Shown piece after piece: positions 1 through 11,097 of a stretch of 64,000 nt of DNA (position 1 is its first letter; each line of letters begins with the position of its first letter). The DNA is from Haliotis rubra. Its lineage: Eukaryota. The position numbers were made by a program, and so were the translations under genes. The notes beneath the pieces were generated by a model, which saw only the letters and a list, made by a program, of their open reading frames with translations, was not told the DNA's origin and did not search any database. The DNA is taken from positions 186,001 to 250,000 of the forward strand of contig NW_025767460.1 in the NCBI RefSeq assembly GCF_003918875.1, read 5' to 3'.

Positions 1-335
1 CTCAGTCACCCACTTCCCTGTCAGTCTGATCCATCTCATTCCCAGTGATCCCTGCCCTTCCCCGTCTTGTGTCTGATCCATCTCACCCTGCTCTCACCCA
101 CTGCACAGTGATCCCCGTCCTTCCCCTGTTGTGTCTGATCCATCTCACCCTGCTCTCACCCACCGCACAGTGATCCCCGCCCTTCCCCGTCTTGTGTCTG
201 ATCCATCTCACCCAGCTCTCACCCACCCCGCAGTGATTCCCGCCCTTCCCCTGTTGTGTCTGATCCATCTCACCCTGGTCTCACCCACCCCGCAGTGATT
301 CCCGCCCTTCCCCTGTTGTGTCTGATCCATCTCAC
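1..335. repeat. Minisatellite, ~62-bp unit (runs off the window edge)
   Basis: GTGTCTGATCCATCTCACCC.. recurs every ~62 bp. Confidence 0.9.
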
Positions 336-394
336 GTACCTTGTTCGACCTAACCGAATCTATCGTGTGATCAAACCTATGCTTCCCACTGTCT

Positions 395-1700
395 CACCAC
401 ACACGTGACCCCCTACCCCGTGTTTCACCACACACGTGACGGCTACCCCGTGTTTCTCCACACACCTGACGGCTACCCTGTGTTTCTCCACACACGTGAC
501 CCCTACCCCGTGTTTCACCACACACGTGACCCCCTACCCCGTGTTTCACCACACACGTGACCCCCACCCCGTGTTTCACCACACACGTGACCCCTACCCG
601 GTGTTTCTCCACACACTTGACCCCTAGCCAGTGTTTTTCCACACACATGACCCCCACCCCGTGTTTCACCACACACGTGACCCCTACCCGGTGTTTCTCC
701 ACACACTTGACCCCTAGCCAGTGTTTTTCCACACACATGACCCCCACCCCGTGTTTCACCACACACGTGACCCCTACCCCATGTTTCACCACACACATGA
801 ACCCCACCCCGTGTTTCACCACACACGTGACCCCTACCCTGTGTTTCACCACACACGTGACCCCCTACCCCGTGTTTCTCCACACACGTGACCTCTACCC
901 CGTGTTACACCACACACATGACCCCTACCCCATGTTTCACCACACACTGGACCCCCTTCCCCGTGTTTCACCAAACACTGGACCCCCTTCCCCGTGTTTC
1001 ACCACACACGTGACCCCTACTCGGTGTTTTACCACACACATGTGACACCCTACCCGATGTATCACCACACACGTGACCCCTACCCCGTGTTTCACCACAC
1101 ACGTGACCTCTACCCCTTGTTTCACCACACACGTGACCCCTACCCTGTGTTTCACCACACACGTGACCCCCTTCCCCGTGTTTCTAGACACACGTGACCC
1201 CCTACCCCATGTCTCACCACACACGTGACCCCTACCCCGTGTTTCACCACACACTTGACCCCCTACCCCGTGTTTCACCACACACGTGACCTGCTACCCC
1301 GTGTTTCACCACACACTTGACCCCTACCCCGTGTTTCACCACACACGTGACCCCTACCCGGTGTTTTACCACACACACGTGACCCCCTACCCGATGTATC
1401 ACCACACACGTGACCCCTACCCGGTGTTTCACCACACACGTGACCTCTTCCCCGTGTTTCACCACACACGTGACCCCTACCCTGTGTTTCACCACACACG
1501 TGACCCCTTCCCCGTGTTTCTAGACACACGTGACCCCTACCCTCGTTTCTGCCTCACACGTGACCCCTACCCCGTGTTTTTCACCCCACACTTGACCCCC
1601 TACCCCGTGTTTCACCACACACGTGACCTGCTACCCCGTGTTTCACCACACACGTGATCCCCTACCCCATGTTTCACCACACACGTGACCCCCTACCCTC
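395..1700. repeat. Minisatellite, 30/31-bp unit CCCCGTGTTTCACCACACACGTGACCCCTA
   Basis: Direct tandem repetition, about 42 units. Confidence 0.97.
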
Positions 1701-3533
1701 TGCATCATATATTTGTACATCACCCACCCGCCTGACCGTACGGAGCCAGCCCCAATGCCCCATCCATCAGTGTCACCCACCGGATAACCTCGCCCAACTG
1801 GGACATATGTTGCACATTAGGGCAACCTTACTTCAAACACTAGCCAGCAATAAAACTGTGAAGGCAACATACATCACGGAGAGAGTCGGCGGCGTGTGTA
1901 TATGGGTACAAGTGGGGGACCTCCTAACGCCCTGCCAGACCCACCCCGCCATGTGTAATTGCTGTCGTGTCAGATAGCCTGACTCCCCGGGAGTACACAA
2001 TTACGACATAATTAGACAGTTAATGTAAGCAACCCACGGGGTAATTAGCATAACAAGCCTTAATTGAGACTTTCACAACATTTCTATGTGTTTGTTTGTT
2101 TCTGATAATAAGGAAGAGTCTGTAAGACTTATAGTGCCCTAACCCCATACCATATAATTCCACCGTACACGATGTCGGTAAAACATTCTACATGCCTCCA
2201 TACACGACGTCGTAAGACTTTAATGATAAAATGTATTGATTTAGGAAAAACTACAGATCTTGATGTAGGAACGCTTATGTATAGATGTAGTCTCATAGAT
2301 GGGCGGAATTTCAATTTCACGGTTACACGTTGATTCTCTTATCTGAAACGTTTGATCTTTAGATTTAGTCGTCCATACTCGTGATATAAAGGGGCGTTTG
2401 ATAAAATCGTATTGGGGTATACGTCAAGGCATTTATGATACTAATTCGAAATTTGAAATTCTGAAACTGTAAGACGATTTTATAGGTTTCGTGAATGTTT
2501 GACGGCTTCCATAAACCACACGGTGAACCTCTTTGACAATAAGGTTTATTTACGTTAATAAACCCTCATTGTTTGGTGTGGGTGAGGATGGAGCAGCGTG
2601 TCAATATACCGCTCTTGTCATTGACAAACTGTTTTCAGCTAGTGTTTGTCTGAGGTCGTAAATATCCCTTGGTATGCTTGTGTTTGTTCAATAAAGATTG
2701 ATGTTGATTTCATAAATTGCTTGTTCATTTCAAAGCTTGTCAGTTGCTAATCATGGCGTTTTTACGACTGTGGCAGGGCGTTATGACAAGTCTTTATGGC
2801 AGGGCCTGTGCCGCGTACCTCCCGCGAGGGGTGTATATTTCACACTGATATAGACAAGCAGACAGATGAAATGAGATCCACTGGCGGTCACCTGGCCTTT
2901 GTGTCTTGAGCATCCACTGCTACAGTTTGCCGCTGTCACAATAGGTAGATTTAGTGTTGAATATTAAGGGAAAATACCGTAACATATCCTGGTCATGTAT
3001 GTACACTCGCCTGGGTATTTCCCGTAGACTGGACTAATAACTTCATCAGATGTATTAGCATTGTTACAACCATGTACAGCCCTGTCACTGCATAGAGATG
3101 GTCAAGAATATGCAACTCGTGATAGCCGACGAGTTGGACTCATGTACCCTGAACGTAGGTATTGATCCCCTGCCTGTTTCCTCCATCTGCGGGTAGTATG
3201 TAGTGAGCAGTTGGTTAGCTGCCGGTAGACAGACTCGTGTTCCACCCAATCCAGTTGTTCTACAATTACCGATGTTATTAATAAGACAGTAGCAGTACAC
3301 GACAAACATTAGCAATCCAGTGCGAGAGGTTGCCATTTGGCACTCACTTGAAAATCGTCAAGACCTGTCGGCCGAACCTTTAATAGTTAATGTTCTGGCA
3401 TACGGGTTTGGAGAAGACATTGGCCGTGTATTTGGGGTAAGTGTTGCGGGGTTGGCGATACCCTCGGTCGCCGTATGCCGTGTAGTGACTCCCTGCAGCG
3501 GCATGAACGACATAGCCACTCACCTTGTGCACT

Positions 3534-3535
3534 AA

Positions 3536-3594
<59 letters not shown>

Positions 3595-3615
3595 GTAGTA
3601 GTAGTAGTAGTAGTA
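3534..3615. repeat. Compound microsatellite (CAG)n(TAG)n
   Basis: Seen directly. Confidence 0.97.
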
Positions 3616-4279
3616 GGTGTAACAGCTTCCGTCTTTTCACTATATGCGGATAGATGGACGTGTTCCCCGGCATGCTCTCTTCGCTATCTACTCGCTGAAT
3701 AATGTTGCATTTTATAAGATACGCGATTGTTGCGAGTAGCGTGTGTCAAAGGGAGCCGGTGCAACAACATGTTGAAACGATGATGTACTGTCACACTAAT
3801 GCCTTCAACGAAACACGTTGGTTGCCTGTTGCTTTTTCTTGTATACAGCTGTTATCTGTTTGTCCACAGGTCGCGGAGGAAAGAAGATGTGAGAAACGGA
3901 AAACGGGAGGGCACAGATTAAGAGATAGCATCGTTTCCAGGATTATTATGAGGATTAATGCGGATTAAAAGAGACGAGGTCAGGTCGCTGTCGGATTACC
4001 AGGGATTACTTGTCCAGAGTTTTAGTGTTTAGAGACGACACGTTTTTCGGGTGGTCCACCCATGGAAATTACAATGTCTCTGCTTTCATGAATTTCAGTG
4101 ACAGTTTTATCAGCGCGGTGTTATACAGGGGTATGTGCTGACCCCGCTGGTGTTTCTGTCTGGTCGGTGAGTATCACTGGCAGCTTGGGATTATTGCCGT
4201 GTGTAACTTGTGTGGCGCGTGACCATATCACTCACCCTTTCAAACTGACAAGGAGATTACCCTTTACAAGGAGATCAAG

Positions 4280-4782
4280 ATGAAATCGAGTGGCCTGTTC
4301 CTGGGCCTCATTGTGGCCTGCTTGTGTTGGACAGTTTTCGCTGCAAAAGAACCCAAGAAAAACGGGAAGGTGTAAATGTATGCAGAGATTTCTCAAAGAT
4401 GTGGACAAAATGATTGACAGAAAAATGCAAAAATTGGAAGAAAAATATTTCCGTTCTGCGATCAGTAACAAAGACAACTCCAGTTCCATATCAAAACAGA
4501 ACAGGCGATGGTTGAAACTCAACGAAGATGTTCACTTTACCAAGGAGGCGTTGCAAACGCTGAGCCGGAACCTCCAGTTCGTTACAGACCAGGTGAACTC
4601 GCAGAGCCAGGACACGGAGTCTCTGAACGAGCACTTTAACCAGCTGAACGGGTATGTGGCCAACCTGACAGGCGTGGTGGATCGACTTGAGAAGATGATG
4701 CTGACCAGAGGCAGTATGGAGATGACCACGTCCTCCACAAGTCTCCACGAGTCACCATCGCCTGAGCCGTCGTACCCGAGAC
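4280..4782 (+). CDS. Alternative N-terminal exon A of a fibrinogen-related (FReD) secreted protein: signal peptide + CxC + coiled coil + Ser/Thr/Pro linker; contains a +1 frameshift as assembled
   Basis: ATG at 4280 reads MKSSGLFLGLIVACLCWTVFAAKEPKK (basic n-region, hydrophobic core, A-A cleavage region) and stops at TAA 4373. Removing one base at or near the A5 run 4358-4362 joins it to the frame ...GRCKCMQRFLKDVDKMIDRKMQKLEEKY...LNGYVANLTGVVDRLEKM...SPEPSYPR. It ends TAC CCG AGA C|GTGAGT, a strong phase-1 donor at 4783. An upstream acceptor ATTTCAG| lies at 4098. Confidence 0.8.
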
Positions 4783-5708
4783 GTGAGTATATGCAGTTTA
4801 CTATAGATAACACACATGTATGAGTTCTGTCTTATTTCTGGAGATATAATCACTGCCACTCGCTCATAATATGAGAGTAAAGAAAAGATTTATATCGACT
4901 CCAAAATATTGCTTAAACATATGTCTTAAGCGGAACCTCGCCAGGAGATATGCCTTCAGGTTTTGTTATTTAGGGCTGGTAGAGACGTGGGTCTTAGTTG
5001 AAGCTTAGTTAATGGAGACCAATGTCTAACCGAGGGTCTGTTGAGAACCCAGCGTCAGTCTTAGGTAAGGGTCTATTAGGGATGCCAGTGCCGGTCTTGA
5101 CTGAGGTGATGTGAGCGGAATACGGTCTGAGCCCACCTGTGACGGTCAAGGTTGTTGGCCCGTGTGCAAACTCACCGAAAGAAAACTGTCCCACTCCTCT
5201 AAAACCCGTCCGTTTTCTTTACCCATTACCTGTGCCAATTGGCATGAACACGATAATCTCTCCCAGAACCTCATAACCAAACATTCCGTAAAAACTCGGC
5301 AACACGGTCAGTCATTTCTTAAGAAATCCGCGTTTTTCGACTTTTACAAATATTTGAAATTTTCTCGTGTCCACACTGCAACTAGTTCGGAGGGAATTCT
5401 TCGATGGTGTTAAATGTTGATCTCCACATGGTATTTGTTGTCAAAACGTCATATTTCCGGGGGAAAGTGGCCGAATCTAAATAAAGGCCAGATTACCCCA
5501 GTTTGGCTGTTGTTTGGGCCGAATCATTGACTTAGCATGTCCGCGTCTGGAGAGAGAAGGTTTGTACAGAAATGGGTATCGGATGTAGTGCCATCTTGCA
5601 TAATGCCAGCTGGTGTCTGTCTGTGTAGTGTAAACTAAGAGAAGAATTGTTGGTCCATCAGTAGGGTCGCTGTTGTACGTCCATCAGGGCGTGTTGGAAA
5701 CCGACGAC

Positions 5709-5970
5709 AACCTGTAACATATCGGTTGTCGTGTCAGTCGTGTATATAACCTGTAACATATCGGGTGCTGTCAGTCGTGTATATAACCTGTAACATATCG
5801 GGCGCTGTCAGTCGTGTACGTAACCTGTAACATATCGGGCGCTGTCAGTCATGTACATAACCTGTAACATATCGGGTGCTGTCAGTCGTGTATATAACCT
5901 GTAACATATCGGGCGCTGTCAGTCATGTATATAACCTGTAACACGTCGGGTACTTAGTTATCGGGCGCTG
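5709..5970. repeat. Minisatellite, 37-bp unit TAACCTGTAACATATCGGGCGCTGTCAGTCGTGTATA
   Basis: About 7 tandem units. Confidence 0.95.
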
Positions 5971-6109
5971 TGACGTCAGTGCGAGATCCTTTTATCTATA
6001 TCAGCCTTGGTGAGACTTGTGCACAGACTGCCAATTAAATTCACTTCATTGATAGCAAGCAAATGAAGCCCGTGAAATTCCGGTTTAAAATTTGGCAACC
6101 AACGAACTA

Positions 6110-6245
6110 AGGTGGTCAGGCTCGCTGACTAGGCTGGTGCATGTCATCGTGTCTCTAATTCGATGCTCATGATATCAGTCACCGCATTGTCTGGTCCAGA
6201 CAGGGATGGTTACATATTCATCTTGCTAAGTGGGGCTTAAAAGCC
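6110..6245 (+). mobile_element. Degenerate copy of the second SINE-like family
   Basis: TCGATGCTCATGATATCAGTCACCGCATTGTCTGGTCCAGAC matches the reverse complement of 57546-57590. Confidence 0.55.
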
Positions 6246-6960
6246 GCTTCATTTCTCACATGTAAGGTGTCAGTAAACAAGGGTTTATCAAACGTTTATC
6301 GAGGGTCATAATCAGGGCGAATTTGGGATCAATGTTTGACTTTAACCTACTACAGCGCTATTGACCTTTTGTACATTGTAAATAGCTATGATGAACAGAA
6401 TCCCTACGTGACTTGTTAACACCGTATGAATGCCATCACCCGCATGAGAGACGTGTCCTTCTTTCCGTTCATAGTTTGTTAATTTCACGAGAAAGGTCTC
6501 TGTACAAAAGCAATGTATGTTAATCAAAGTGGTGAGATAAGTGTCTGTACCACCAGGGGGAATGTAGTACGTTAAATCTCACGTTCCTGAGGTTTAACCG
6601 TGCACTCATGCACCGCGAGTCTGACCTACATTGTAGATTACGTCATTTCCGGGGCAGGGAAGAGAGGAAGCATGGTGAATGGGAATGATGCCGTGCAGCA
6701 GGAAGAGCTGGAATGGTGGTACTGACACGGGCGCCACCCGGATACCAGGATGTCAGTCGGGACAAGTGGGCATCCACAACGAGATCCGGGTTGGTGGGCA
6801 GACTGGTGATTGCAACTAACTTCACTTTTGTTTCCAAGTTAATTAAGGTTTGCAATCATCCACGAAATGTACACGCGCAAGTTGCTACCTACAATGTCAC
6901 TTCAACCGCATAATGATTTCAGGATATTCCTCCAGCTCCCTGGCGGAATCAGGCCTGCTT

Positions 6961-7475
6961 GTGTTATGTGTAGAAGGTGGTATACATGTTGTGTGTGATG
7001 TGTAGAAGGTGGTATACATGTTGTGTGTGATCTGTAGAAGGTGGTATACATGTTGTGTGTGATGTGTAGAAGGTGGTATACATATTGTGTGTGATGTGTA
7101 GAAGGTGGTATACATGTTGTGTGTGATGTGTAGAAGGTGGTATACATGTTGTGTGTGATGTGTGGAAGGTGGTATACATGTTGTGTGTGATGTGTAGAAG
7201 GTGGTATACATGTGTGTGATGTGTAGAAGGTGGTATACATGTTGTGTGTGATGTGTAGAAGGTGGTATACATGTTGTGTGTGATGTGTTGAAGGTGGTAT
7301 ACATGTTGTGTGTGATGTGTGGAAGGTGGTATACATGTTGTGTGTGATGTGTAGAAGGTGGTATACATGTTGTGTGTGATGTGTAGAAGGTGGTATACAT
7401 GTGTGTGATGTGTAGAAGGTGGTATACATGTTGTGTGTGATGTGTAGAAGGTGGTATACATGTGTGTGATGTGTA
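6961..7475. repeat. Minisatellite, 32-bp unit GTGTAGAAGGTGGTATACATGTTGTGTGTGAT
   Basis: About 16 tandem units. Confidence 0.97.
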
Positions 7476-8736
7476 GTCCACGGCAGCCCGCAACATCATC
7501 AACTCCAACCGCCACAACCTGTAGTACTCAATACAGTGTCGCTATAACATCACTGACACCTGACTGGTCATCGACTCCCACCAGCACCCCGGTATTCTGT
7601 GGAGTGCTACTACATCATTACAAGCAGCGACAGGATGCTAATTTGACGTGTCTGTTTGTGTGTGAGTGACGATTGCGCGTCTGTGAGTCACTTTCCACCA
7701 GTATATCCTTGCCTTCAAGTTTCCCAAGGCCTACTTAATAAGCCCAGTGATGTAAAGTCCGACGAAGTTGATTAATTCGAGGAATGTCTGCAAATGGAAA
7801 GTGAATATTCTGGTCCCTTTTACATATCATTATGTTATATGCGTTTATTAACAATGTGGGAAGTTGATGGAATTGGTTACGGACAGACTCTCACAAGAAT
7901 CACGGTGAACACTGTTACCGACATGGTGAACCTGCCCTGTAGTTACGACCAAGCCGTACGTCTCCCCACAACTTGGGGCAGTGTGAAGACACATAGAAAA
8001 CTTAACACGGTCACTGTTTGGTCTGCCTTGTCCAGTCTATTTACAGACCGCCGTGATTTAGGCTAGCAGGTCACAGAACAACAACGCTTAGCGCATCGTC
8101 AAGTGAACATCTTTGTGAAGACGGAGAGGAAGGTTGAAGGTTGCACATGGCGGCAGCTAGGAATGGTTATTTATGTGTCACAGAGAATATAAAGGCCACT
8201 GATGGGGAGAGGTCAGTATGACGACACACAGAAGCCGTCAGTGCGTGGGTGCACTCGACAGCCGCCTGTACCCCCTCTGTCGACACCCTGCCCCAGGGTC
8301 ACATAATTGCCCTGACCCCCGCCGCAATTAATATAATTTCCCGGCGATCCCGAAAGATGTTTTCAAAATGTTGACGGGCATCCTGTGAGAAGTTCCAGAA
8401 TAGACGCAAGCTGGACGATAAGACGGCGTTATGGCAGTTTGTTAGTTTGGTTGGTCTAAGTTTAAAGTAACCGCGATCTTATCTGTAAACATCATCGTAC
8501 AAACATTGACAAGGTTACTGTTAGCCATGAGAGTCGGCCACAGCATGGTCGGTAGTAGGTACGTGGAGAGGTTAGTGTTAGCTGTGGGGTGGGGGCTTGG
8601 TTTGTGGGGAGGAAGGGGTGGGGTTACTGTTGTAGCTGTAGGCCATGCATTCATTCGCTTGGGATGAGGAGGAGGTGGAGGTAGGTTGAGTTGATGCTGG
8701 ATCGTACTTGATGATTCAGTACTGGTTATATAAGTA

Positions 8737-8903
8737 TAGACTAACATCTAGTCTCTGAAATGTACATATTTAACAGAAACAACAGTTCCTAAATTACAAT
8801 AATATGATATAATGAAAAGGAGCCCAGAGACTTGCTTCATTTTCAGAAACTGCTTGACTTGCATGGGCATTCTTGGATAAATTTGTTTCAGGGTCTGTGA
8901 CAG
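8737..8903 (-). mobile_element. Diverged inverted copy of the TAG..CTA element
   Basis: TAGACTAACATCTAGTCTCTGAA...GAAAAGGAGCCCAGAGAC...TTCAGGGTCTGTGACAG is the reverse complement of the family ends. Confidence 0.6.
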
Positions 8904-9045
8904 TAACAGTTTAACAAAAAGTTGGACACGATGCCCAATACTTTATGTTGTCAAGAGGCAGTCATTACACATGAAGTACTAGTGTCTGCTGGTGCACGTT
9001 TACCCATATCTAACTACTTCCTGGTGGGCCTAGCTGTCGCCGCGG

Positions 9046-10130
9046 TCTAGAGGCCATGCAAGCACTGATATCTGTGATCTCATCTAGAGGCCATGCAAGC
9101 ACTGATATCTGTGATCTCATCTAGAGGTCATGCAAGCACTGATATCTGTGATCTCATCTAGAGGCCATGCAAGCACTGATATCTGTGATCTCATCTAGAG
9201 GTCATGCAAGCACTGATATCTGTGATCTCATCTAGAGGCCATGCTGGCACTGATATCTGTGATCTCATCTAGAGGCCATGCAAGCACTGATATCTGTGAT
9301 CTCATCTAGAGGCCATGCAAGCACTGATATCTGTGATCTCATCTAGAGGCCATGCTGGCACTGATATCTGTCATCTGATCTTGTGGTCATACAGGCACTG
9401 ATATCTGTCATCTGATCTAGTGGTCATACAGGCACTGATATCTGTCATCTGATCCAGTGGCCATACAGGCACTGATATCTGTCATCTGATCTAGTGGTCA
9501 TACAGGCACTGATATCTGTCATCTGATCTAGTGGTCATACAGGCACTGATATCTGTCATCTGATCAGTGGTCATACAGGCACTGATATCTGTCATCTGAT
9601 CTTGTGGTCATACAGGCACTGATATCTGTCATCTGATCCAGTGGCCATACAGGCACTGATATCTGTCATCTGATCCAGTGGTCATACAGGCACTGATATC
9701 TGTCATCTGATCTAGTGGTCATACAGGCACTGATATCTGTCATCTGATCTAATGGTCATACAGGCACTGATATCTGTCATCTGATCTAGTGGTCATTCAG
9801 GCACTGGTATCTGTCATCTCATCTAGAGGCCATGCTGGCACTGATATCTGTCATCTCATCTAGAGGCCATACAGGCACTGATATCCTTCATCTCATCTAG
9901 AGGCCATGCTGGCACTGATATCTGTCATCACATCTAGAGGCCATGCAAGCACTGATATCTGTCATCTCATCTAGAGGCCATGCTGGCACTGATATCTGTC
10001 ATCTCATCTTGAGGTATGGCACTGATATCTGTGATCTCATCTAGAGGCAATAAATATAAGTATGATCTGGGATCGTATCTAGAGGCCATGCATGCTCGTA
10101 TTATCTGTGATCTAATTTAGAAGCCACATT
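9046..10130. repeat. Minisatellite, 37-bp unit TCTAGAGGCCATGCAAGCACTGATATCTGTGATCTCA (two variants)
   Basis: Tandem units with a central TCTAGTGGTCATACAGG variant block. Confidence 0.97.
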
Positions 10131-10640
10131 TACCCTATAGACATAACAAAGTTATGCCATGGAGTGTTTAGTTGTGGTAATTTTGTTTTTTGTTACAACA
10201 CTTACACCATCGTGACCTACATGGGGTCAGGTATCCTCCCCTGCTATCAGTCCATCTAAGCACGGTCGCCTAAATGGGACGCAATGTTTCAAGTTCATCG
10301 TGACCTTAATGACGCTGGACGTTAACCCCACCCCACGTCATCAACGACTTCATCAGTGTCCAACAACAGCAGCGCCGTAATCTGAACTAGCAATTTTCTC
10401 CACGCTGCTGTTTGCAGATGGTATTACTACGCACACAAAAGCAAGGTCTCGGGCTGTGATCAATGTGCGTTAATTATTAAATATTCATTGTTGTACTAGC
10501 ATGTATAGAGTTAATGTCGAGTATTATGTTACCATCTCCTACAAGAGTTATCAGGAAACGACCCCCACAAATGACAAGGGGACTTTAGTTCTGCTGGTCA
10601 CACAGTCACTGGAGTTTCGTTCTTTGCGCACCAGGCTATA

Positions 10641-11097
10641 ATGATGACGGGTGTAGTGTGCGTCCTTGCGGCAGTATTGTCTGCTGGTCAACTTGCAGCA
10701 CACAGTGGACACTTTCGGACGTTCAAAAATGAAGTAGACATTCTCAGGTCAGACTTCCGTTCTGAGGCGGACTTATTACGACAGGAGATGAAAAATGTAA
10801 CCACCCAATTGGCAAAGGATATGTTACAATATAAAATGTCTCGGAGACAGAAGAGTTCTAGGGGGTTAAATAACAAGATTATAGATGGCTGGCTGATTTA
10901 CCTGGTGAGATTTGCGTCCAGTGTGGACAAGAGGATTACTTCGCTAGGGACGGCTAGAGAGTTACGCGATGATAAAATCGAAACATGGATGGGCGAAATT
11001 GAAGAAAGGCTTGAGAAACTGGAGAACATTACAAAACGACGACATCGTAGTAAGAAAAGGAACAGGACAGAATCGGTGAAGAAAGACATTCCTAGAG
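10641..11097 (+). CDS. Alternative N-terminal exon B of the FReD protein: signal peptide + coiled coil + polybasic linker
   Basis: Intact ORF MMTGVVCVLAAVLSAGQLAAHS...IETWMGEIEERLEKLENITKRRHRSKKRNRTESVKKDIPR. It ends ATT CCT AGA G|GTATCA (phase 1). G+AC from the next exon gives the canonical FReD start IPRDC. A pyrimidine-rich acceptor TTCGTTCTTTGCGCACCAG| lies at 10634. Confidence 0.85.

Noticed and set aside
3380-3702. Poly-Leu / poly-Ala-Val membrane-like ORFs
   Set aside because: They are translations of the (CAG)n(TAG)n microsatellite.
6700-6730. 'EWWY' resembling the FReD GGWWY motif (a possible hidden FReD exon for exon A)
   Set aside because: It is followed immediately by TGA and has no other FReD motifs or splice context.
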